In this document: positions 52,901-64,000 of the stretch, piece by piece
Layout: every line of letters starts with the position of its first letter
Numbering within the stretch: position 1 is the stretch's first letter
Source of the DNA: Octopus vulgaris
Taxonomy: Eukaryota
Direction: 5' to 3'
Assembly: GCA_951406725.2 (NCBI GenBank)
Contig: OX597818.1
Coordinates: forward strand, 1,922,001-1,986,000
Length of the DNA: 64,000 nt
Program-made: the position numbers and the translations under genes
The notes under the pieces: model-generated
Told to the model about the DNA's origin: nothing
The model's input: only the letters and a program-made list of their open reading frames with translations
Database searches by the model: none

Positions 52901-54766
52901 GTTTCTCTAATTATAATCTTATCTAGATATGTTCTGGAAGACCCGTCACTATTTGACCACGTCCACTGTGGAGTGTTCGGGCGTTCCAGCCTATAAGGAT
53001 CTGCTAGCTGAAATTGACTTAGCAGATCTCGTAAGTCCGGGTTACATTTTCTGTTCATGTCCGAGCCAACACAATCTGTGTGTGCTACACATATTGTTTT
53101 AAAGTCTCCAAACAATACTAGCGAATGCGATGTGGCTAGGAACTTGCCCAGGTCACGAAAATAATCAGTTTGCGGGCCCATAATGTTAGGTGCATAAATA
53201 GTGACCAGCCTGATTGTCTTGCCACAACTGAATGTCAGGTCAAGAACGACCAACCTGCGTTCTGTGTCAGAAAAGAACAACTTTTTCTCGGCTTCTCGGT
53301 TTCATTTTAGTAGGATCAATACTCCTCCCCCACCTCCCGCCCGACTCGGAGAAACGTATTTCTAGTAGCCGTTCAGGAAGGGGAGCAGATCTCTTGGCCT
53401 TTTCACCCGGGTTTCCGTTGCAACAATTACATCCAAGTTTCTCGACCTGATGGCATTTAGAAAGCGCCCTTGCTTCCAGCTTGACATCAGGCCACGAACA
53501 TTTATACAACCAATGTGAATAGACGTGACTTACCTTGTGGAGAGGGATTCTCCACTTTTTCGTGACTCAGGGTCGGAGATGGTAAGCCTTCAAACATGGA
53601 TTGGTGAAAATCAAGTCTCCCTGTTGAGACCGATTTTTTATATGTGTAAAACAACATATTGTACGTTTTTTCGTCCAATTCGTAAAATTCATAGTTTTTA
53701 TATTTCTCTGACAGTTCAATTAATCGAGTTGCCGATTTTGGGGTTTTTATTTCCCGCATTAAATCTTCGTTTTTACTGTATAGTGCAGCTATTCCTCCGC
53801 TCGTCACCCCCTCCGCCTTCCTCGGTCTGTCTCTCTTGGCTGTTTTTTTTTGGGGGGGGGTTGTCTCAACTCGCTCTGCTTTTGCTGGTTCGAGCCTTCC
53901 ACTTTCCTTTTGTTGTTTATTTTTCCTTTAGTTTCTCTCTCTCTTTCTTTCTCTTCGCCGTCTGATTCTTCTACACCTTCTTTACAATATTTTTTAATGT
54001 GACCCAGTTGGCCACACTGGAAACATCGGGCGGAATTCTTGGTATTCTCACTTTTGACGTTCTCATTCCCATGTAAATTGGGATTAACATTATGTCTTCC
54101 GACTCTAAAGATTTTATAGAGTGTTTTTGTGCAGTTTCTGCATTTTTGAACCTCACCACGATGGTACCAAACTTCTTCCCTCTGGCTAGATATGTAATGT
54201 CCTGCCAGACATTTTTCAATTTTTTGTTCACATATTTTAATAATTTTACGAGCTTTTAAGCAAAATGTCTTAAAAATAATGATTTTCTTTTTTTCCTCCG
54301 TTAATTCTTCTTCCTGTATTTCCACTTTTACTATTTCATCTCGTTCTGTTATCATATCTTTATATTTTAATAATTCTTTTATGTCAGTTGTCGCGCTCCA
54401 CCACCAGCCGCTGACGCAAAACTTTTCTTTTCTTCATTTTGGATGGTCCTTTTTTTCTGTCTTCCTATTGATGTTCGTAACTCTTGGTAATGTTGGAAAT
54501 TCGCTTTCCGACACATCAGAAACGTTGTCAAAAATTATGCTTTCTATTTTCTTTGCTTCTCTTTCAATCGATGATTCGTCCCCCGACGAAGAACACGAAC
54601 TTTTCCGCATCTTGCCGGCAATTAAAGGGGAAAACCACAGATAGCTTTCGACAAAAAAAATATAATACAATTTTTTCAACAATAAGTCCAACAATAGGCA
54701 CAACAAGAAACATAACAATTAATAGAAACTTACGAACACACTCCAACAATAAATTTTCAGTAACAG
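49961..54766 (-). mobile_element. Tx1-clade LINE, near full length, decayed, inserted in a SINE head
   Basis: ORF1 knuckle CFQCGQLGHIKKYC; APE (TIYAPN, LFGDF, SRTYLDK, DHK, GSGYWKL); RT (KSPGLDG, FRSITLLN, AYADD, VKLLGVWF); 11-bp TSD acggacgaaat at 49950-49960 and 54767-54777. Confidence 0.92.
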
Positions 54767-54986
54767 ACGGACGAAATGCGGTTAAGTATTTTGTTCGGCG
54801 TGCTAATAATTCTACCACCTCGACTAATAATAATAACAACAGCAACAACAATAATAATATTGCTATTATTATTATTTTGGGGTCTATAAATTAAGTACCA
54901 GTGAAATACTGGAGTTAATGTAATCGACTAGTCCCCAAAAATTTTCAGGCCTTATGCCTATAATAGAAAGGCTATCATCATCGTCG

Positions 54987-55031
<45 letters not shown>

Positions 55032-55646
55032 GAAGAAGAAGAAGAAGAAGAAGAAGAAGAAGAAGAAGAGCAACAACAACAACAACAACAACAACAGCAG
55101 CAGCAGCAGCAGCAACAACAACTACAAACACACACACACACAAGACTAGAAAAGGAGAAAGTTACAAACAATATTGTGATATTTCTAATGGCTGAAGCAC
55201 ATCTGGAAAATATTGTTTAAATATTTAGAAATCTAAAGAAGGAGAGTCAGAACAGTGGAACTTGTTCATATTAAGTTACTATGGTTTACGTTACATGTCT
55301 GTCTTACATCAACTATTTATATAAAATACCCGTCTAAAAGTATTTTGATATATTTCTCTCGATCTAAAATACGTAACATTTGGGTAAGTGTAAATATTTG
55401 TAAACAGTTTTGATTTATACATTTATGAACTATCTAGTCTTTTACTCCATTACAGGCTTCAGTCATTGGATGTGGCCATGCTGGGTCACCGCCTTCGGTG
55501 GCTCTCAGCCGACTACATGACCCTAGTACATCGACCTTGGAAAAATGGAAGAAAAGCGAAAATGACCTGAAGATGTAGATCAAAAACAGCACACCTCATT
55601 TGGTTCGGCGCGCTACACTACATTTGTATGTATAAGCGTATGAGTA

Positions 55647-55711
<65 letters not shown>

Positions 55712-55950
55712 TAATCATCATCAACATCATTTAACGTTTGTTTTCCATAGTAGCATAGGTTGGATGGTTTGACAGTAGTTGGCAATTTCGGGAGCCGTGC
55801 CAGGCTCCATTGTCCATTTTTGCATGAATTCTACAGCTGGATGCCCTTCCTAACGCCAACCACTTTGCAAAGTATACCAGATGCTTTTATGTGGCACACC
55901 AGCACCGGTGTTTTTTATGTGGCACCATCACCGACTGGATCACCAAATAT
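55712..55950 (-). mobile_element. RTE-type LINE/SINE 3' tail fragment
   Basis: ctacagctggatgcccttcctaacgccaaccac motif plus terminal catcatttaacg. Confidence 0.55.
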
Positions 55951-56579
55951 TTTGCAAGACAAAAAAGAGGCAAAAAGACCTCAACTGGGAAGGGAAGTAG
56001 CATTAAGGGAGATTTGTACTAGTTAAGAAGTTAAAAGTATAGAGGGACAGCGATAGATGCCTTGCTGTAGATGCATGGATTACCCGGTTGGAAAAGGGAG
56101 AGTAAAATAGAGAGTAAGATAAGAAGTGTGATAGTAAGAAAGATGATGGCAAAGATGTATCGGAATATGCCCTCGAGGGACATTAGGGGTGGTGAGAATA
56201 GGTGAAGTGATACAGAGGTTTGGACTGGGTAAGTAGGTTGGATAGAAGTGACTGTAGCAAATGATGGAGAGAAATATATGAGAGGTCCGGGGGAAGGGGT
56301 TGCGGTCATTGAGGGTGACAACCGATAAGCGAGGTATTAATGATGAATAACAGCAGAACGAGAAGGCATAAAAAGGAGGTGATTTGGGCGGGGGTAGATA
56401 ATGGGAAATGGAAGCGGTTTTGGGGTGAGAGGAAGTGAGGTAACTGAGAAAGCCGGGAGATATAGTAGTGTGTGCCTATTCTGCTGATACAGAAGTAGTG
56501 GGTATTAGGGAATGAAATATGTAGAGGGAAGGTTGATGGGACAGAGAGGAGGTGGGGGAGTAGATCCCTTCACAGACAA

Positions 56580-56730
56580 GCATTACCAAGGTGGTTTTAG
56601 AATATCAATTCTGCTGTGATAAACGGGTCTTCTTGAGGACAGCAAGGCACCAAATATTTGTCCTTTGTCCTCCCCTTCGTAAAGCTCAGCGTCGAGATCA
56701 GCTTTCAATACTTCGTCACATGTCTGCCTG

Positions 56731-56783
<53 letters not shown>

Positions 56784-57740
56784 CAAGTTCTATCTACTTT
56801 GAGTGATCAGCATTTCTTTATGCAACTGCCCTCATCCATATGCATCACTTGACCAAACCAGCACAATCTTCTCTCTTGCATATTGCATCTAATTCCTCTT
56901 ATGCCAAACTTTTTCCTCAATACGCAACACTGTGTCACACATGTACACTGACACTGCACATCCAGTGGAGCATGCTTGCTTCATTCCTCTCAAGTCTTCT
57001 CGTCTCTGCAATCGGGGCCCCACGTCACACTACCATGTATTTTTGCTGTTCATACACATTCATTTTACAATTTTCTATTCACTCGGAAAGAGAAACCTTT
57101 GGTTGCCAGCAGAGGTAAAAACTCTCTGAACTTTCTCCATCGTACTCTTAACTCTAGCAATTACACTTTTGATACATCTTCTTCCACTACTAATCAGGTC
57201 ACCTAGGTAGCAGAAATTATCCACTACTTCTATAGAGCCTCCGCGGCATTTGAGATATATGTAGGCTTCTGTGGATCTTCCACATACAAACACTACTCTC
57301 TCTGTTAACCTTCCTATTATTCCACAGCACTGCTGGTGTTCTATAGCTTGCACAAGGTACACCCCATCTACACTTTTCTTAGATATTGAGTAGAGCCATT
57401 TAATTGGAGGGGTAGGGTCCTGTCTGTTTTCTTGCTTAGTAAGATTTTGGTCTTTGCAAAGTTGCCTATAAGGCCCACCGACTCCAGGTTTTGCTTCCAC
57501 ACCTGGAATTTCTTTTCTAATTTGGTTACGGATCATCATCATATAGTTGCCGGTTTTATATTCCTCTGTTATGGCCTGGGGGACAATAATGAATAGGAGG
57601 GAGGTGAGGACCAGGCCTTGGTGAACGCTTACCTGTACACTAAATTCATCAATGTACCCATGGCTAATGCTTACCTTACTAACAGCACCCCTGTGCATGA
57701 CCTGTACTGCTTTTACAAAAGATTCATCTATCCCGAGCAG
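56580..57740 (-). pseudogene. RTE-clade LINE RT/C-terminal relic
   Basis: EFSVQVSVHQGLVLTSLLFIIV, IEVVDNFCYLGDLISSG, RQTCDEVLKADL. Confidence 0.75.
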
Positions 57741-59532
57741 AGACTACCATATCACAGAGCAAGTGATAATATAATGAAATATAAAGATGGCCAAGTTGAA
57801 AAGACAATCGAAAATATACATGTCCTACCACAAAATACAATGAATATGAATGTTCTATTTGTGTTAAAACAAAAAAATTTTCTTAGGACGTGAATTTATG
57901 TTTTTAACAGTCTTCCGTTCAAAATAAAATGTGTAATGTTGTCATCAACTGTAGACAAACAGAAAAAAAAACCAGACAGATGCGAATACAGCTGAAATGT
58001 TGATAAGTCTTTCTTGACAATAGTGTTAATAAATTATTTTACAACAGGGCTGATGACTTTTTAATTAATCGCAAAAAATAATACTTAAAAAACAATTCTT
58101 AGAATCGCGTTGTTTTATTGATAATAAAAATAAATAAGATTTTAACGGCTTTTGTGTGTTTCTTAAATGGCTTATAAACACCTTCCACGCTGCAATTGTT
58201 TTCGTTTCAGCACACGATCTCAGATCAAATTACTTGCTATGCGAGTACATCTCCGATTTTAACATAGAATGTAATAAATATGAAAATAAAGCCATGTTTA
58301 GTTTTGATAATTATATTTTTTCGTCAGGTTTACAAAATAGATATTTCTACAATTAACATAACTCATTCTTCCAGGTTGATTTTAAATAACATCTTTACTA
58401 TTAATTTCAGAGATTCTAGCCGAACTATGATCAAAAATGTCCAGTTTTGACCATTCCATCAATTTCTATAGCCAAGACTACAAAAGCTAATGGATCTTAC
58501 TTGAGATGATATAAAATGATTTGAGGGAGATTTGACTGCTATTTGTAACAAGTCTAGTGACTAACTCATGGACTCCCTTGTTAGGTTACGGTCTAAAATT
58601 TATGTATTACGTTTTCGATACTGTCCTAAATATATGAACAATATTCGAATGGAACTGAAATAGTTTGTAATCCAGGGGAGAAAACCTAGTATTTGAGACT
58701 AGATCTTGAAAATGTTGTGTGTGGGGTGGCTGGGCGTTGTATAATGAACTCCCTAAAATACTGAGAGCTAGCACAGCAATATTAAATATGTGAAGTACTG
58801 GAATACGGCCCTAACTATGTTAAGGGTGTACTTTCGCCAGATGAGATCCTCAGTGATAGTGAGATCCGGTATTTCCACCAATGCTACACCCCTATTAGAC
58901 TCCATGTCACCACCACAATGTTAAATAGCCCGACATCACCAACATGTAAGCTCCTCACCACCACCCCTTCTACCTTCCTGTTAGACCGCCACGATATTAG
59001 ACTGCCCGCCCTATTTATTACTGTTTAGTTGGTGTTTTTTAATTATTCCTAAAAGATTTAGGTGTGCCTCTCGTCTATGAAAACATTTGTTCAGTACAAG
59101 TTGTTGGTGAACAGAATAAATCAGTCATTTTGTCATCTTATCTTTGGTTTCATATAAAAATTTTACTGTCATTTCTCTACTGCTTACTTTGCACATCACT
59201 TGTTGCTTTTACTATTTGTTTACGCTCTTTCCTTTTTATCACTAATATAAAAATACTTTAATACCTTTCTGTGAAGAAATATAAAAATATTCTGAAAGGT
59301 TTATTCATATTTAAACATGACAGTGCAAAGAAATAGCATAATTTTATGATTAGTCATTTAGCTGTTTTTACATTGAAAATAGATAATTACTTGCGAATTT
59401 AGCATACATCACACACATATAGATCAGATAGATATAAAGGGGGTCACCTACTTGTTAGAAAAGCTTTTACTAGTATAGTGAACAACCACTGGCTTACCGA
59501 TGTCTCATATTTCATTAATATCTGCAAGAAGA

Positions 59533-59680
59533 AGGGCAGTGAGCTGGCAGAATTGTTAGCGGTCTTCACCTTCTGAGTTCAAATTTCGCCTTTCAACCTT
59601 TTGAGGTCAATAAAATAAATACCAGTTAAGCACCGGGTTCGATATAATCGACTTACACCCTCCCTCAAAATTTGAAACCG
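59533..59680 (+). mobile_element. Deleted copy of the Meta-like SINE
   Basis: agggcagtgagctggcagaa...gagttcaaat...gcctttcaacc...aataccag. Confidence 0.7.
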
Positions 59681-60004
59681 ATAGATACAAGTAATGGAAC
59701 TCAGTCGAACATACTTCGGGATCCCAACTCTTATTATTATTCTTTATGGAAACCCCTAACCCTATATCCAATCCACTAAAGAACGCATTCACTTGTACTT
59801 CATTTTCCATTGTTTCAGAAAAGAATTGATGGGTCTTTCAAGTGGAAAATATAAGGAAATTTCCTTGGTTCATGTTCCAAGGAAAGAAAATTAAGAAATA
59901 ACAATATGTATAATAGAAGGAATTTCAGAGTAGGATTATGTGTAACATTTAGAAGGGATACATATTACACACTAAACTTAACATTTAATGTGAATGCATG
60001 TCGC

Positions 60005-60330
60005 ATAATAAATCACGTGTAAGAAAATTGTTTCCCAACCATATGGTTCCAGGTTCAGTCCCACTTCGTGGCATCGCGGATGACTTCTACTATCGCCTCG
60101 GACCGACTAAAGCCTTGTGAGTGGATTTAGTAAACGGAAACTGAAAGAAGCACGTCGTATGTGTTCGTGTGTGTGTGTATGCTTGATTCTTTGTTCTTTG
60201 TGTTTGCTCCCCATCGCCGTTTGACAATCGATGTTGGTGTTTTTAAAGTCCCCCGTAACTTAGCAGTTCACCAAAAGAGGCCTCAGAATGACCGAAATCT
60301 AATGACTGAAACAAGTAAAAGATGAAAGAT
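60005..60330 (+). mobile_element. CORE-type tRNA SINE (OR-like)
   Basis: ggttccaggttcagtcccac...aaagccttgtgagtggatttag...gactgaaac. Confidence 0.75.
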
Positions 60331-62249
60331 CTAATGTCATTTATGTACAGAATTCCCAGGATTCAGAAAAACGTTTATTGATTTCACCGCCCAGGCACTA
60401 TCACAGTTCAGACTTCATCTCTGCAAGCAAGAAATATAATAAAATGGATGACCTTAAAATGATGTCTGAAATTAAAAGATTGCAAAATAGATTCATGAAA
60501 TCTGTTATTAAAGAAATTATGAAGCTGAATAACACACTGAACTCCAATGACAAGATAAAATAAAGATCATTAAAATTGAGAATAGGTAAGTTCAAACTTA
60601 CCTATTCTCAATTGGCATTGAAGGCAGTGTATCGATCGAACGATAGGAAAGAGTTCTAACAAGGGAAATAACTTGCGGAATTTATCACATTTAAACAAAA
60701 TCCTTTGGTAATCTTTCCTTGAATTTTTCACAAATAAATTAAGAAACTTGCTTGATTTCTATTAGGTCCACGATTTGTATGTGGGAATTAACTCCCTCTA
60801 GTTTTCTGCTCCCAGGTAAAATAGATTTCAATAAAATCAATTTGAATGTAATCAATTTTCTTTAAAATGTCTAACGGCTTTTACTTTAAGCAATATCAGA
60901 AGTTATCAACTTTCTATTTTAAATGTTTCAATTTTTTTTTTGCAAGATACAAAAGTTTAACGGGAGGATCAAATCGTTCATGCCTTTTCCACGTCTTATC
61001 ACATTGTCAACGTTATTTCTCTATCTAAATCGCATTTAACTCTACTTAGTCCATTTATGTCACCTTTTGCATCTTCCCTAACTTTACAAATCTTTTTTTT
61101 TTTCTTTTTGAAATTTCTATTTGTCTTTCAACATTTCCTTCAGTCAACCGACAGAATATCTATACAATTCTACTTTTACATCTTACTTACTTCACTCTTC
61201 GTTGAGGCTAATCAATTTTCCTAAAGAAAAAAAATAAAATTACAACTTGATTTGAAACATTGTCCCGAAATATCTTGACAACATTGAAAACTATAAGCGA
61301 AATAATACACCTATTGAAAATGCTTATATACGCCCAGTGAAAAATGAAGGCCACTCAGTCTATGTAAGCTTTTTTGTTTGTAATTTATTTCAATACAAAC
61401 AATCTGGGAGTATATTTTTCTCTCTTTTATTGGCAATAGTCGTGATATCTACTTGATATATTTAGCTTATGGAGCAGTTTTATCTCTTTCTTTATAAGAT
61501 ATTGTAAAGAAAAAATTTTGACATTCTTTTTCTCCTTTTATTTTCTTTATCACTTTCTGCTTCAGTGACCAGATCACTCACTTAGTTTCTCCCAGTTATG
61601 CAGAATATGTGCTTAGTTACTTACACAACCGGGACATATTTTAGTTGCAAAATAAACCAGCAAAGTAATACATTAATAAAGTAAATCTTTATAAATTTCT
61701 TTGAACCATTGCATATATGAGACTCATTGAAATTATTGTTTTAAATTCTAATATAAATTCCTTACTTTTAGAGAAGCTGCAGTAACATTTAGTAACTATA
61801 ATAATGAAAATATTGATTTTTCGGAACAAAAAAAAAATACGTAAATTGAGTTTATTCGATTAGTCTTGTCTACGGGCACACAGGCATAAATTTACAAAAG
61901 TCCACTGAATCGGTCCCAGTACATGACTGCTACTTATTTTATAGACACTGGAAAACTTAGACTAAACCCGGAACATGGAGAATTTAAACTTGGAAGAAGA
62001 AATTAAGAACTAGAAAGCATCCAACTCGGTGCTCTGTCTTTTTTTACCAATGAAGCAAGTAAGATTAATGTAAACATCCTTTTCATTGCAAAAGTCCTGC
62101 TGCATTCTCCAACTGGACAAACGAACATCTCAAGAAAACTTAAAAACTTTAATATATTACTCAAATACGTAAACATGCTTTTTATTGCAACAACACAATT
62201 GAATTCAGAAATTCAAAAATCCAACGACGTGAATGTCAGAGGCAAAAAC

Positions 62250-62458
62250 AGCACGCCGGGCGAAATGCGTAGCCGTATTTCGTATGCCGTTACGTTCTGA
62301 GTTCAAATTCCGACGAGGTCGACTTTGCCTTTCATCCTTTCAAGGTCGATAAATTACATACCAGTTACGCACTGGGGGTCGATGTAATCGACTTAATCCG
62401 TTTGTCTGTCTTTGTTTGTCCCCTCTATGTTTAGCCCCTTGTGGGTAGTAAAGAAACA
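62250..62458 (+). mobile_element. 5'-truncated type-2-tail SINE
   Basis: agcacgccgggcgaaatg...gccccttgtgggtagtaaagaaac. Confidence 0.85.
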
Positions 62459-62759
62459 GGGGATCTTTGCCTTTTGAAAGCCAGATTTTCCTAGTTAACT
62501 AAACAATTTGAAACTTCGTATACTGGTAGATTGTGTCAAATGAAAACATAATAGTAAACCAAAATGAAAACGGAATTGTAATTTTTAAGTTTAACGTTGT
62601 TTAAAAATTGGAATTTTAACCAATGATATTCTTTCTTTCGGCCTCATATTATTTACTGCTTCTCAAAATATTGTTACTGTGACGTAAACAGCTATTTTGT
62701 GACGTAGCTAACGTATCAAAATGTAAACATCCGCTTATCGTTGCTGGTCTGGTTGCGGA

Positions 62760-63090
62760 GAAGAAGCAATAAGCATTTTCTGATTTTCATTAAAATTTGT
62801 CGAGCTTTTTTGATTTTCTGATTGCATGCAAATGGTTGCAGGCAGCTTTCTGGTTAACTTGAAGTTCTTTTGCCAGTTCTCAAGTGGTTTTATATGGATC
62901 TTTCTCAATGACAGTCTCTACATAATGCTCACAATCTGCAAAATCATTTAAACCATTTTCAAGCTGACCTCTCACTGGTCATTTCCCCACCAAATGTTTC
63001 ATTGATATCATGAACAGTTTTAGCTGCTTTACATCTTTTTTTGAAGTTGAATAGCAAAACTGCTCAAATATCACACTTTCACAGTTCCAT
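62760..63090 (-). pseudogene. mariner transposase N-terminal (HTH) relic
   Basis: Minus strand AVLLFNFKKRCKAAKTVHDINETFG...KWFK...IEKDPYKTT*ELAKELQV...HLHAI. Confidence 0.75.
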
Positions 63091-63639
63091 TTCAGATGAT
63101 TGTAACAATGGGGAAAAAAAATATATAAATGTTAATTTATTGATGCATTTGGGTAAGTTTATATCTGTATTATCAGACAAATGCAAAAAAATGTTTAACA
63201 AAAATTCAAAACCCTGCAAAAATCTGGTACAAATTCTTCATGGTTCAAAACGTTGCTTATTTTTTATTCAACCTGATAATTGATTCGCTGTCTGAGGAAT
63301 TTTTAATAAGAGATATTTTATCATTTTCTCTTACATGTATAATATTCTAACTCCTACTAGCAAATGAAACATGTGCAATGGTGAATAAATAATACTAAAA
63401 ATATTTTCCAGTCTACTGTTTTGATGCGTAATTACTCTGCAAATATTATTTTCCAATATTTTTCTACTCTTATACATGCCTCACACAATTATAACATCTA
63501 CATACAATGTTGGCATACTGGAATATACAGGTGTGCTTCACGAGGACACGGCTTCGATTACAACCCTATCTACATACTATATATGTGTGTATGTATATAT
63601 ATATGCACGCATACATATGTACAAAAAGACTGATAGAAG

Positions 63640-63960
63640 GCACAGGCACATAGTTCCCTTCTTAATCATATGGTTTTGAGTTCAGTCCCAGTGCATGGCA
63701 AATTCGCCAAGTATCACTTATGATAGCCAAGATTGACCAAATCCTTGTGAGTGAATTTGATAGATGGAACCTGTAAGAAACCCATCTATATAATATGTGT
63801 GTATATCTGTTTATGTTTGTGCTCTATAAAAGTTGCAAGCTACAAGGTTTGTTGTTGTCATTTCTCTGGTTGACAAATTGTCTGCTTACTTCAAGCCTTT
63901 CAAGGCATGTGTAATTAAGAGATTCCTTATTTAAAACACAGTCAAGTGTTAATGACAGAA
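63640..63960 (+). mobile_element. Decayed CORE-type SINE
   Basis: gagttcagtccca...ccttgtgagtgaatttg. Confidence 0.6.
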
Positions 63961-64000
63961 AAGGCATCTGGTTGTGAAAGAATACTTCAATCATTTTTTC

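Noticed and set aside
57750-62240. Host gene exons in the less repetitive right-hand region
   Set aside because: Only short ORFs with no recognisable domain or convincing splice-bounded coding pattern; a small exon cannot be excluded without RNA-seq.

Overview
Eukaryotic, AT-rich DNA almost entirely made of transposable elements and microsatellites. The tRNA-derived SINE types suggest a cephalopod (Octopus-like) genome; this is inference. No host gene is recognisable. Contents: (i) an apparently intact, very young Penelope-like element (PLE) whose >=1045-codon RT+GIY-YIG ORF runs off the left edge and is therefore missing from the ORF track; (ii) a second decayed PLE, several PLE fragments and hammerhead-ribozyme (HHR) motifs; (iii) two near full-length decayed Tx1-clade LINEs and two ~1.8-kb ORF1-only Tx1 derivatives; (iv) a pile of R4/Dong-like RLE LINEs in (TAA)n, plus RTE and mariner relics, a MITE and a Helentron-type non-autonomous element; (v) many SINEs. 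The most interesting structure is a 'parasites of parasites' network. All four large Tx1-related insertions split another TE: two split SINEs, and two sit 17 bp apart in one Helentron-type element. A SINE variant carries a Tx1-like 3' tail and forms nested arrays whose junctions include the same SINE-head position hit by the autonomous Tx1. A separate composite element joins a tRNA-like head to a hammerhead-bearing PLE-type tail with inverted arms.
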